NCBI GenBank assembly: GCA_001781555.1
Contig: MFLP01000030.1
Span: 16,164-54,424, forward strand
DNA from: Candidatus Kaiserbacteria bacterium RIFCSPHIGHO2_12_FULL_53_13
GTDB taxonomy: Bacteria; Patescibacteriota; Minisyncoccia; Phycocordibacterales; UBA2100
Direction: 5' to 3'
Length of the DNA stretch: 38,261 nucleotides
Shown: positions 16,913-25,847 of the stretch, one piece after another
How positions within the stretch are numbered: position 1 is the first letter of the stretch
Layout of the letters: each line of letters begins with the position of its first letter
The notes under the pieces: generated by a model
What the model was told of the DNA's origin: nothing
Database searches by the model: none
Seen by the model: only the letters and a program-made list of their open reading frames with translations
Position numbers and translations under genes: made by a program

Positions 16913-17662
16913 TCACGCTCCATATCTCGGCGCTGCGAGCGTCTCGGTCTCTAGGGTTATTTCACTGAAAAGGCGCTCCTGCGTGGCGCTCACTGAGCCG
17001 GAACGGACAAGTTCCAGGACCGCAAGGAAATATACTATGACCTCATGCCTGTCCCCGAGGCTGGCAAGCTCGCTGAAACGCGCCCGAGCCGCTTTCGTAA
17101 GACGGTTCTTGAGGCGGATTATAACTTCCTCAAGAGCAAGCACTGGCGCGACGGCGGCTTCTGCAAGTTCCTGAGGCTTGGGCAGTGTGCCCATGAGACG
17201 CATCGCCGCATTTACTATTCCTCCGACCCCTGTTTCTCCAGGAACGAAAACCGGAGTGCGTGCAGGAACACGCTTCGGGAAAAGCAAAGGCGCTCTCCCC
17301 CACTCCCGCCTCAAGATCTTGGTGGTGGAGCGGATTATTCTATATCGCGCCAACCTACGTTCAAGCTCCTCAACGCTTTCTCGTTCATTTTCGGAAAGTT
17401 GTAGGGTCGGCAGTAACGAGCGCGACTTGATGAGAAGCAGTGTGGAGGCGATAAGAATAAATTGAGCGGTCTCCCCTAGCGGAAGGTTCGGCAATTTCTC
17501 GACATATGCGAGATATGTGTCCGTGACCTCGGCGAGTGAAATATCGGAAATGGAGAGCCTGCGTTCCTCGATAAGATTCAGGAGTGTTTCCAGGGGTCCG
17601 GCGAACGCCTCCGTGGCAACGCTATATTTATCTATCATGTTAGAGCGAGAGCCGTACATCAA
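16913..17662 (-). CDS. scpA: Segregation and condensation protein A (kleisin)
   Basis: FAGPLETLLNLIEERRLSISDISLAEVTDTYLAYV is the typical ScpA N-terminus. The gene overlaps the aspS 3' end by 23 nt. Confidence 0.9.
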   Translation of the reverse strand: MMYGSRSNMIDKYSVATEAFAGPLETLLNLIEERRLSISDISLAEVTDTYLAYVEKLPNLPLGETAQFILIASTLLLIKSRSLLPTLQLSENERESVEELERRLARYRIIRSTTKILRREWGRAPLLFPKRVPARTPVFVPGETGVGGIVNAAMRLMGTLPKPQELAEAAVAPVLALEEVIIRLKNRLTKAARARFSELASLGDRHEVIVYFLAVLELVRSGSVSATQERLFSEITLETETLAAPRYGA

Positions 17663-18995
17663 TGCGGTTCAGGTCACGCGGGAAAGCGGACGCCTCTTTC
17701 ACATTCGGCAGTTCGAGCATGCGGGCGGTAATGCGCTCCACTCCCGTGGACGAGCCGCCATGCGGAGGAAGTCCGTACTTGAATGCTTGGAGGTAGAAAG
17801 AATATTTCTCAGGATCCAGCCCGCGCGAACGCATGCGTTCAACGAGCATTGCGTGGTCATGTATGCGCTGTGATCCGCTGTTTATTTCAAGACCACGGAA
17901 AAGAAGGTCGAAACTGCGGGAATACGGGGCATCTGCAGGGTCCTCATATGTATAGAATGCACGACTCGCGGTTGGAAAATCAGTAATGAATACAAAATCC
18001 GATTTGTGCTCTTTCTTTGCCCATTCACAAATTTGGCGCTCATGCTCCGGCTCCATATCAGGCATTTCCGGGACTCCGAGTATTTTATGCGCTTCGCGCA
18101 GTTTCAATATCGGTATTGAACTCGGGATAAGAGGCACATCGACTTTAAAGCGCGCGAATATGTCCGGATGATTTTCCTTTACAGTCTGCACGACATCATG
18201 TATCGCGCGCTCCAGAACTCCCATGGGATCGCGGTGATCTTTTATGAAGCCCATCTCAAAATCCACGCACGTGAGCTCGCTCAAGTGGCGCGTGGTCGCG
18301 TGTTTTTCGCCGCGAAAGACTTTTGCAACAGTAAACGCACGCTCGAACGGCCCAACCATTATCTGTTTGTAGAATTGCGGCGAGGTCGCGAGGAATGCCG
18401 TCGTATCGTAATAGTAGTCCACCTTGAACGCTGCCGCTCCGCCCTCCGCGTCTCCTCCTACCAAGGACGGCGCCTGGAATTCTGTGAATTCCATTGCGCG
18501 GAGAGATGCGCGATATGCCTCAACGATAGTCGCCTGCAGTGTGAATATGTCTCGGCTTTTCTCCGTTCGCAGCGTCAAAGGCAAGTAATCGAAGTGAGTG
18601 TCGATGTTGACCTCGGCATCCAATTCGAATGGCAGCTCATGCGCCGCTGAAAGAACCTCTATATTCAGGGCCGATACCTCAAGCATTCCGCAAAGCGTAT
18701 CGGTCCTCATGTTCTCCGGGCGCTCTTTTACGGTCCCTTCAATGCACACGACCCACTGCGCACGCAACTGCTTTGCCGTTTCTAATGCGGCGGACTCTTT
18801 CGGTGTCACGACAACTTGCACTTCCCCGCTGCGATCGCGTATGTCCAGAAAAATCAACTTCCCGTGGTCGCGTCTGACGGAAACCCATCCTCGGATTTCC
18901 ACTTGCTTCCCGATACTTTTCGGTAGGTCTCTTATAATAGTTCTTTCCACCCCATTAGAGGCACTCTCGGTTTTATGCATACGGTTATCTATCAT
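17640..18995 (-). CDS. aspS: Aspartyl-tRNA synthetase, short archaeal/type-2 form
   Basis: 451 aa with an OB-fold N-domain (VEIRGWVSVRRDHGKLIFLDIRD). Class-II motif 2 is FRGEKHATTRHLSE and motif 3 is GGSSTGVERI...FPRD. AGGAG lies ~11 nt upstream and is the only clear SD I saw. Confidence 0.85.
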   Translation of the reverse strand: MIDNRMHKTESASNGVERTIIRDLPKSIGKQVEIRGWVSVRRDHGKLIFLDIRDRSGEVQVVVTPKESAALETAKQLRAQWVVCIEGTVKERPENMRTDTLCGMLEVSALNIEVLSAAHELPFELDAEVNIDTHFDYLPLTLRTEKSRDIFTLQATIVEAYRASLRAMEFTEFQAPSLVGGDAEGGAAAFKVDYYYDTTAFLATSPQFYKQIMVGPFERAFTVAKVFRGEKHATTRHLSELTCVDFEMGFIKDHRDPMGVLERAIHDVVQTVKENHPDIFARFKVDVPLIPSSIPILKLREAHKILGVPEMPDMEPEHERQICEWAKKEHKSDFVFITDFPTASRAFYTYEDPADAPYSRSFDLLFRGLEINSGSQRIHDHAMLVERMRSRGLDPEKYSFYLQAFKYGLPPHGGSSTGVERITARMLELPNVKEASAFPRDLNRIDVRLSL

Positions 18996-19037
18996 ACATC
19001 AATTACTCCTTTGAAGCCTCTAACGGGGTAAATATTT

Positions 19038-19979
19038 TTACAGAGTTACGCCGATTTTCTGCCGAACGTCGCGCATTTTTGTCTCGGCGATATCACGAGC
19101 TCTCTCGCCCCCGTCTTTCAATATGTTTTTCACGTCCGCGTCGGTGATTGAGGCGCGCTTCTCTCTCATCGGCGCAACGACGGCTTCAATATCATTTATG
19201 AGTATCTCCTTAAGCGTCTTGTACTTACCTTTATTGTCAAGATAGATTTTCCTGAGTTCATCTCGGCTTTTGAAGAACGAATGAATAGCGTATACGAATT
19301 CCGGGCTTTCTCCTTTTGAGTCTGTGACTATGCCCATGACCGCTTTTGCTATTTCGTCATGCGTTCCGAAAAGTGGTATCGTGTTGCCGTAGCTCTTACT
19401 CATTTTTTTCCCGTCGGTCCCGGGCACAGCTCCGACCTCCTTGAGGATTTGCTCCTTGGGTGGCATGAAGGTTTCTCCGTAGGCAGTATTGAATTTTCCC
19501 GCGATTTCCCGTGCGTACTCGATATGTTGTTTCTGATCGGTTCCCACGGGGACGACGTCGGTATCATAGAGGAGGATATCGGCTGCCATAAGAACAGGAT
19601 AATCAAAAAGGCCGACGTTCGCGTCAAGTCCGCGCGCTTCCTTGTCCTTGTACGCATGTCCAAGCTCGAGGAATGACCTTGAGACCAGACAGTTGAATAT
19701 CCACGTTAATTCCGTGTGCGCCTGCACATGAGACTGCTGGAATATTGTCGCACGTTCCGGATTGACGCCTACTGCGATATAGTCCTTGACGATATCAAGA
19801 ATGTTGCGCTGCAGCTGCAACGGGTCTTTCAAGGTCGTCAGCGCATGATAGTCGGCGACCATGAGGGTGCTTTCATATTCCCCATATGTATCAACGAAAG
19901 GTTTAAGAGCCCCGAAGTAGTTCCCGATGTGAAGCGCTCCCGATGGCTGGAGTCCAGTCAACAGCCGTTTCCGTGCCAT
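19038..19979 (-). CDS. trpS: Tryptophanyl-tRNA synthetase
   Basis: LTGLQPSGALHIGNYFGA (HIGH) and KMSKS. Start ATG 19979 (MARKR...) is preferred over 20009 because TGGTATATT lies 8 nt upstream. Confidence 0.93.
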   Translation of the reverse strand: MARKRLLTGLQPSGALHIGNYFGALKPFVDTYGEYESTLMVADYHALTTLKDPLQLQRNILDIVKDYIAVGVNPERATIFQQSHVQAHTELTWIFNCLVSRSFLELGHAYKDKEARGLDANVGLFDYPVLMAADILLYDTDVVPVGTDQKQHIEYAREIAGKFNTAYGETFMPPKEQILKEVGAVPGTDGKKMSKSYGNTIPLFGTHDEIAKAVMGIVTDSKGESPEFVYAIHSFFKSRDELRKIYLDNKGKYKTLKEILINDIEAVVAPMREKRASITDADVKNILKDGGERARDIAETKMRDVRQKIGVTL

Positions 19980-19996
19980 ATGGTTCAAATATACCA
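19980..19996 (-). promoter_or_regulatory. Extended -10 box abutting the trpS start
   Basis: TGGTATATT (19996->19988) - 8 nt (TGAACCAT) - ATG (19979). Confidence 0.5.
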
Positions 19997-20029
19997 GAAA
20001 AAACGGCATCTCGCAGACATATTACGCCA

Positions 20030-21688
20030 TCAAGCCGCAGGCAACTCAACAGTAAACAATGAGCCTTTTCCGACCCCCTCGGATTCAGCCCATATCTTCC
20101 CTCCGTGCGCTTCCACGACGGATTTAGCAATGAACAGACCGTATCCGGTGGAATGCACGTTCATCTTTATCGAATCTTTCCCGTGTCCGCCTTCAGTAAA
20201 CAAATTCCGCATATCCTCAGGCGTGATGCCTATCCCGTTATCTTTTACCGAGAAGTGCATCTTATCGCCATCATTGAGCTGGACGCGAACTATTCCGGAT
20301 TGCGCATATTTTATCGCATTGTCGATAAGATTTCGTATTACATCTTCCCGTATCCTCTCCTCGTCGCCGGAGATAATATATTTGCCATCTGCGATAGACG
20401 TTTCTATTGTCAGATGTTTTTCCTGCGCGGTCGGTTTCAGAGCGTTGACGACGTCCAATACCGCGGACTTGAGATCGAAAGGCTTTTTTGCATAATTCAC
20501 GGTTCCCTTTTTCAAATTGGATGCATTAAGTATCTGCATGACCGTGGCGACTCCCTTCCGCACATCCTCGAGCGCGGTGGTAGCCATTTCTTTCAGCTGG
20601 GTCGTTATGGTACCGTAGTCGCCTTCCACGATACCGGCAAATCCGCCCTCGCTCTTGGTCAAGTACCCCTTGATCTCGTGGCTGATGAAGTGGAGAAGAT
20701 TCTCCTGCTGTTTGTTAACTACCTCAAGCTCTTCTTCCTGCTTCTGTATCAGCTCGCGCTGCCTTATCTCCTGCCGGACCCCTCGGATGAGGAGGGTTCC
20801 GAGAACGACAACAAGCGCGAATGTGCCGATGAGCACGTACCGCGCATGCTCGATAGTCCTAACGAACAACGCGGCGAACAGCAATGCAAGTACGGCCGCG
20901 ACAAGCGCCTGGGCGGCGAACACGCGCAGATTGAATGCATGGTACCGTACGATGAGGTAGCTCAAGGTGGCTATGAGCGCGATCATTCCTACGGGGCCGA
21001 TAAGATTAATGTTGTAGGTAAGGGTGGCGTCACCGATAAAATTGGAGGCGATGAAGATAATCCAGAATATAAGGATGCCGGAGCCTAGAACTAACACTCC
21101 GGATCGATCCGACCGCCCAACCCGCTCCTTGAAAGCACGAAAACAGAAATCGAAAAGGATCACGGCTATAGCCGCTTCGAGAATGTATATGTACGACCAA
21201 AGGGGTCCGGAAATACCCTCGCATGTTTGGAAATTAAAGCCGACCAGATTATAGATCGTCGGCGTCAGAATTAAAATCGGCGCCAAAAAAGCCACGAGTG
21301 CCCACTGCCAGGCGTTCGGAAGCAGCTTTTCTCTTACGAACAGATATACAAAATTGGCAAGCAAAAATATGAGAAGCGCATGCCATATGGCGATTATTTG
21401 CCAGATGAAATGAATGAGATATACAGGCACCGCGATCCAAAGCAGGATCTCTCCTCCAATGAGAAGCGAGAAGACCACGGCTATCCAGAAGAACAAGCGG
21501 CTTACAGGTGTGGCGTGGCTTGCAAGAAAGACGGCTATGCCAAAAAGAAGGACGACGAATATGATAGGGATGTACGAGTAGTACAGAAGCGACGGCGCTA
21601 TCGAGGGGTCCAGGAGTCCGAACACGCTCGAAATCGCGTCGGTGCACACGATATCAAGACCCTGAGGCTGCCACGCGGATATATTCAT
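20030..21688 (-). CDS. Sensor histidine kinase with ~8-TM N-terminal sensor domain (no response regulator in the window)
   Basis: H-box HFISHEIKG, N-box RNLIDNAIKY, G1 DNGIGI and G2 GYGLFIAKS. The N-terminal 280 aa are hydrophobic. Confidence 0.9.
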   Translation of the reverse strand: MNISAWQPQGLDIVCTDAISSVFGLLDPSIAPSLLYYSYIPIIFVVLLFGIAVFLASHATPVSRLFFWIAVVFSLLIGGEILLWIAVPVYLIHFIWQIIAIWHALLIFLLANFVYLFVREKLLPNAWQWALVAFLAPILILTPTIYNLVGFNFQTCEGISGPLWSYIYILEAAIAVILFDFCFRAFKERVGRSDRSGVLVLGSGILIFWIIFIASNFIGDATLTYNINLIGPVGMIALIATLSYLIVRYHAFNLRVFAAQALVAAVLALLFAALFVRTIEHARYVLIGTFALVVVLGTLLIRGVRQEIRQRELIQKQEEELEVVNKQQENLLHFISHEIKGYLTKSEGGFAGIVEGDYGTITTQLKEMATTALEDVRKGVATVMQILNASNLKKGTVNYAKKPFDLKSAVLDVVNALKPTAQEKHLTIETSIADGKYIISGDEERIREDVIRNLIDNAIKYAQSGIVRVQLNDGDKMHFSVKDNGIGITPEDMRNLFTEGGHGKDSIKMNVHSTGYGLFIAKSVVEAHGGKIWAESEGVGKGSLFTVELPAA

Positions 21689-21694
21689 ACGGCC

Positions 21695-21823
21695 TCATCC
21701 TTCCGTGAACAGAAGTCCGACGGCATTGAGATGTAGCGTTTCGTAGTAGGAGCCTAGCAATGCGCCGATCGTTAGTACTGCGAGTATCAAAGATGGAAGG
21801 TGCCGGGCAAGTGCGGATTTCAT
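21695..21823 (-). CDS. Possible 42-aa single-TM micropeptide immediately upstream of the kinase gene
   Basis: Not in the ORF track. Sequence is MKSALARHLPSLILAVLTIGALLGSYYETLHLNAVGLLFTEG. The stop TGA (21695-21697) lies 6 nt before the kinase ATG. TTGCAG-16-TATACT lies upstream. Confidence 0.35.
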   Translation of the reverse strand: MKSALARHLPSLILAVLTIGALLGSYYETLHLNAVGLLFTEG

Positions 21824-21862
21824 GGTTCAGTGTCAGTATATCGGGCGCAACATATGCTGCAA
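21824..21862 (-). promoter_or_regulatory. Promoter of the micropeptide-histidine kinase unit
   Basis: TTGCAG (21862->21857) - 16 nt - TATACT (21840->21835) - 11 nt - ATG (21823). Confidence 0.4.
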
Positions 21863-21928
21863 CCCACGTCTAGGGACAATATGACGCTGTTCCGTTTCAG
21901 AGGGTGAGTAAGATATTCCCGATTACGA

Positions 21929-22852
21929 TTACGAAACGAACAGCAAGTATGTCCCGATTCCGGTTATTAAGATGGCAATGACCTTTTGCCAGAGGTGCTT
22001 TGCCTGTATTTTTTCGACCGATATTTTAGGGAAGAAGATCGTTAGGAATATTCCGATCGCAAGGACGAAGATCGGCTGATAGGACTCTGCGAGGAGCACG
22101 AGCGCTATGGGAGCGAGAAGGTACGCGAACGAGAATGCTATGTTCCCTAGTATGTACAGGGACTCGTTCGTGGCGTTGAGCAACAGGATCGCCTTGGAAT
22201 TATTCTGTATCGCCGATAGGAAGTGCCTGCGGTAGGAGCGTATGAAAGTGAATATGCCGATGCCGACCAGAACGAGCATGAGATGCTCCCAAAAGAGCGA
22301 CCTCCAGAGGTTCTCTTCGAGTGCGACCGCCTTGAAAATGACCGATTCAAGCGCCCAGAAGAAAGCGGCGGCGAGCATGAGTGCGATAGTGTTCCTGCGA
22401 AGCTTGAACTTATTCTCTGCATCTATCTCGAAGGATATGATAGTAGCGCCGAAAATGATGATCGCCATAGCCATAAGTTGCATCCTCGTCAGTACTTCAC
22501 CGAGTATGAAATACCCAAGCATGTACCCAAATACCGGTACGAGCTGGTAGAACACGACCGTGACTGATGCCTCCTCGTCCTTAAGAGCGAGCAGGTAGCA
22601 CCACAACACCAGCACGTTAAGGATTCCTACCACCGCGAGAGCGAGTATACTCATCCCGCCCATGCTTAATGCCGTTGTATCTGCCATGAATAAAAATGGC
22701 AGCGCGAGCGCGGATAGGAGTGAAGAAAAAAGAATGAGTGTGCCGACCCCGCCCTTCTTGAAGTACTTCTCCAAGAGAATCTTGTCTATGTGGTTTGTCA
22801 GCGCATAGAGCAACGGACCGATAAGCGCTATGAAAAACGATGCGACATCCAT
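21929..22852 (-). CDS. EamA/DMT-family transporter
   Basis: 307 aa with about 10 TM helices in two EamA-like halves. Lies 6 nt downstream of the preceding ORF. Confidence 0.8.
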   Translation of the reverse strand: MDVASFFIALIGPLLYALTNHIDKILLEKYFKKGGVGTLILFSSLLSALALPFLFMADTTALSMGGMSILALAVVGILNVLVLWCYLLALKDEEASVTVVFYQLVPVFGYMLGYFILGEVLTRMQLMAMAIIIFGATIISFEIDAENKFKLRRNTIALMLAAAFFWALESVIFKAVALEENLWRSLFWEHLMLVLVGIGIFTFIRSYRRHFLSAIQNNSKAILLLNATNESLYILGNIAFSFAYLLAPIALVLLAESYQPIFVLAIGIFLTIFFPKISVEKIQAKHLWQKVIAILITGIGTYLLFVS

Positions 22853-22858
22853 AGAGTT

Positions 22859-23716
22859 CTATTTCTTCAGCCGTAGCATCTTTTCGCGCAGGACATCCAA
22901 CGTGCCCGAAGGATAACTGATCCAAAACAGGTCGCTTTCGACGGACGGAGGAACAAGTTCTGCAATAAGCGGACGGCAACCGAAACGCTCTTCTACAAAT
23001 CGGAACGCGGGTTGCAGTACTTGCTTCGCGAAATCTATCTCATTTTTGTCGTCCATCGAGTAGTCCTCGAAGAGAACCCCATGGACGATGAAGAGTGAGA
23101 GGAATTTCTTGTATAGTTCAGGAAGGTCGCCGCGATGATTGCGGTCTATCCACGCCGTATCGTCATGTATCTCGACTTTCTTGCGGGCGAATCTCGATAG
23201 TAGATTAGTGTGGAAATCGGTCAATGGTTCTCCCCATAGCGTCGTAATTTCACGGAAGGGCTTGCGCGCGGCGGTCTTGAAATCAACAATGGAGACTTTT
23301 TGAAAGTGCTCGTACGCCTTCCCCTCTTTTACCGTTATGCGACGGCAGATCGGTATTTTACACAGCGCCCTTTTGACCTGATTTTGCGGCAGAAAAAGGT
23401 CCTTCGTGTCCTCAGTGATAACGGTTCTCATATGGAGAGGCTCGGTGATGTGCAGGAATCGCAAGGTCTCAAAATTTGGGGTCGCGAGGTATTTCGCGGA
23501 ATAGATGATAGGGCCGTTTTGGAAGTATTCCGGAATATCGCCGGATAGATACTCTTCTACACGTGCTCGCAAGGAATGATCGGATGCTCTCTTATTCAAT
23601 TCGCCTATCGCTTGAAGCGGCGGCCTGACCATATTGCCGATGACGGATCTGGTCTTCTTTGGCGACAATGCGGACACCGTGTTAACGATCGAGCCGAAAA
23701 TCTCAGGTATTCTCAT
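22859..23716 (-). CDS. Hypothetical cytoplasmic protein (~286 aa), operonic with the EamA transporter
   Basis: Long clean ORF with no recognised motifs. Start ATG 23716 (MRIPEIFG...) was chosen because the 23839 extension overlaps the divergent gene's upstream region. Confidence 0.55.
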   Translation of the reverse strand: MRIPEIFGSIVNTVSALSPKKTRSVIGNMVRPPLQAIGELNKRASDHSLRARVEEYLSGDIPEYFQNGPIIYSAKYLATPNFETLRFLHITEPLHMRTVITEDTKDLFLPQNQVKRALCKIPICRRITVKEGKAYEHFQKVSIVDFKTAARKPFREITTLWGEPLTDFHTNLLSRFARKKVEIHDDTAWIDRNHRGDLPELYKKFLSLFIVHGVLFEDYSMDDKNEIDFAKQVLQPAFRFVEERFGCRPLIAELVPPSVESDLFWISYPSGTLDVLREKMLRLKK

Positions 23717-23850
23717 TAAATGACTGTAATATGTATATCTGAATAGAACAAGGCGCCTACGTGGAAATATTTCAAATCGCGACAGTGTTTTCAGTATTAC
23801 ACCAGCATAGGGATATGCACCAGCTCGGGTATTGCGCATGTTTGAGGGTG

Positions 23851-23865
23851 TACAATAAACGGATT
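23851..23865 (+). promoter_or_regulatory. -10 box abutting the PG-binding protein start
   Basis: TACAAT (23851-23856) - 9 nt - ATG (23866). Confidence 0.4.
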
Positions 23866-25326
23866 ATGGAGCGCCTTGCACAAGAGAGGTTGACCGAATT
23901 TGTTCTTTCGTTTGTCGGTGTCTGTGCGATTATTCTTTTATTTATCCCGATTGTTGCGCGCGCCGAAATCTCCCAAAGTGCCTGCCCTTTCAGCTGGACT
24001 CGGAACTTGAAAATCGGCAGTGCGGGGGCTGACGTGATGAAATTGCAGCAATTCCTGAATTCGGACCCCGACACGGCCATTGCTCTCTCAGGTGTTGGCT
24101 CTGCCGGCAATGAAAGTGACTCATATGGTCAGCTCACGAAACGCGCAGTTACAAAATTTCAAGAGAGATATGCATCGGAGATTTTGACGCCGAACGGTCT
24201 TGCTAAAGGCACCGGGGTCGTTGGCGTATCAACGCGCGCGAAATTGAATGCTCTTTGTGCAACTCCAACTGCTACGCAACAGGCGAGCACTCTAGTACAG
24301 ACCTTGTCTTCGCCGCTTACAATAACAGAGCCAGCGGCTCTCGTGGTCTCTCCCATAGAACAACCTGCCTCCACCATTGCACCTCAACAAGCGCTCTACG
24401 TTCCCTTTACTAACTTCGAGCTTAGTGCAAGGGGCGCAGACTTAACGGTCAACAGCATTATAGTTCAGCGGACAGGACCATCAAGCAACAGTATTTTTGA
24501 TTATCTGTCTCTTCTCGATGGAGAAGGGAATGAGTTGAGCTATGCATATCTTCACAATGACCACAAGGCAGTGTTTAAGTTTAAGAAGCCGCTCGACATA
24601 CGCGTCGCAGAACCTCTGGCGCTCTCTATCGCCGGAAATATGGCGTGGGATCTTTCGGAGCACTCTGGAGAGGCGGCCATCCTGCAGGTAATAGCTATTG
24701 ATGCATCGGCACCTGTCGAGGGACAATTGCCCGTGCGCGGCACGTCTCAAAACGCCAATTCTTCGCTCCAGATCGGCACCGCTTCGGCAGCTCTCTCGCA
24801 GTATGATCCGAACAATGCGACAACGCGTTATGTCAACGACACGGCCATAAAGTTTTCTGGTATTCGTATTACTGCAGGTTCTGCAGAAAATCTGGAATTA
24901 TATTCCATAACCTGGAGGCAGAGCGGTACCGCGATTGACGCCGACATTTCTAATGTCAAAGTAGTCGTTGACGAACACTCATATCCGACTGAGGTGGATG
25001 ATAGGAACTACACGGCGACATTTACAGAAGGCATTCTTATTTCGAAAGGCAATTCGCTGGACGTGTATATAGAGGGTGACATCGGCACTACTGGCGCTAA
25101 TCGCACGGTTAAATTCGACATAGACAGCGCAGCAGATATATATCTAGTCGGGCAAAGCTATGGATACGGCATCTATACATTGCCGGGCGGCAATACAGAC
25201 GTTGCAGGCAACTCCGTGTTTCTTACCGAGGACGGCTCGACTGACACAGATAGCATAACACCGTTCTTTTCAGGCTCTGTCACTACAATAAGCGGTGGCG
25301 CGGTAAATTACATCGGGAGGAACTGA
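23866..25326 (+). CDS. Secreted/anchored protein: PG_binding_1-like domain plus two beta-rich repeats
   Basis: Signal/anchor FVLSFVGVCAIILLFIPIVARA. PG-binding helices follow (GADVMKLQQFLN...YGQLTKRAVTKFQERY). Next come two similar ~150-aa modules rich in T/S/G/N. Confidence 0.7.
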   Translation: MERLAQERLTEFVLSFVGVCAIILLFIPIVARAEISQSACPFSWTRNLKIGSAGADVMKLQQFLNSDPDTAIALSGVGSAGNESDSYGQLTKRAVTKFQERYASEILTPNGLAKGTGVVGVSTRAKLNALCATPTATQQASTLVQTLSSPLTITEPAALVVSPIEQPASTIAPQQALYVPFTNFELSARGADLTVNSIIVQRTGPSSNSIFDYLSLLDGEGNELSYAYLHNDHKAVFKFKKPLDIRVAEPLALSIAGNMAWDLSEHSGEAAILQVIAIDASAPVEGQLPVRGTSQNANSSLQIGTASAALSQYDPNNATTRYVNDTAIKFSGIRITAGSAENLELYSITWRQSGTAIDADISNVKVVVDEHSYPTEVDDRNYTATFTEGILISKGNSLDVYIEGDIGTTGANRTVKFDIDSAADIYLVGQSYGYGIYTLPGGNTDVAGNSVFLTEDGSTDTDSITPFFSGSVTTISGGAVNYIGRN

Positions 25327-25330
25327 CGAC

Positions 25331-25350
25331 CGCGCCATGTTTTTGGCGCG
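25331..25350. terminator. Hairpin between convergent genes (CGCGCCA-n6-TGGCGCG)
   Basis: 7-bp GC-rich stem with a 6-nt loop, in the 26-nt gap between the stops at 25326 and 25353. A TTTTT run sits in the loop and 3' arm on the + strand. Confidence 0.45.
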
Positions 25351-25352
25351 TT

Positions 25353-25844
25353 CTAGCTTCGAGCGAAAGCGAGAGCGGCGTATGCGCCGAGTATCCACCA
25401 CAAGCCGTACAGTTCATTGAATATGTTTTGCACAGTAGGACCGAAATGCCACACGGATTGAAGTTCCGGGACCTGAAGCCATACGGTAATGAGAACGACA
25501 ACGGTCGCAATCCCCGCTACAGTAGCGTTCATAAAGCCTGCACCGTTCTCATCATACGAGCCGAACATGCGACGTATCAGCAGGTATATGGCGATAAGAA
25601 GAGCGCCGAAAATAATGGCGCGTAACATCGGTGAAGAAAGTTGTATGGAAAGGCTTCCGAGGGAAACCTCGCGGAGAGACGCGGAGAAGAGCATGAGTAC
25701 CGCAGGCAGAGCCAGCGTGAGCGCGCATGCGCGGTTCGTACCCGACCGGAGCGCATCAAGGGCGACCGCAAGGATAACAGCGCCAATGATGAACCAATCA
25801 ACCGGTGCTTGCGTAAATAAACTTCCGAGCGCCGCGGAATCCAT
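25353..25844 (-). CDS. Small integral membrane protein, CvpA-like
   Basis: 163 aa with 4-5 TM helices. The N-terminus VDWFIIGAVILAVALDALRSG resembles the CvpA start (..DiiilvillisalrGfrrG). Lies 3 nt downstream of dnaJ. Confidence 0.4.
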   Translation of the reverse strand: MDSAALGSLFTQAPVDWFIIGAVILAVALDALRSGTNRACALTLALPAVLMLFSASLREVSLGSLSIQLSSPMLRAIIFGALLIAIYLLIRRMFGSYDENGAGFMNATVAGIATVVVLITVWLQVPELQSVWHFGPTVQNIFNELYGLWWILGAYAALAFARS

Positions 25845-25847
25845 ATT

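Noticed and set aside
19716-21088. Long plus-strand ORFs (259 aa at 19716-20495, 327 aa at 20105-21088) opposite trpS and the histidine kinase.
   Set aside because: They lie entirely antisense to genes with unambiguous catalytic motifs. Their translations are low-complexity (R/S/P/C-rich) with no motifs. Such shadow ORFs are expected in GC-rich coding DNA.
23717-23865. N-terminal extensions offered by the ORF track. Examples are 22859-23839, 23761-25326, 4900-5421, 6074-6754, 25848-26993, 19038-20009 and 8571-9257.
   Set aside because: The extensions overlap neighbouring genes or divergent control regions and add non-conserved residues. The internal ATGs coincide with conserved protein N-termini and/or a -10 box 5-9 nt upstream.
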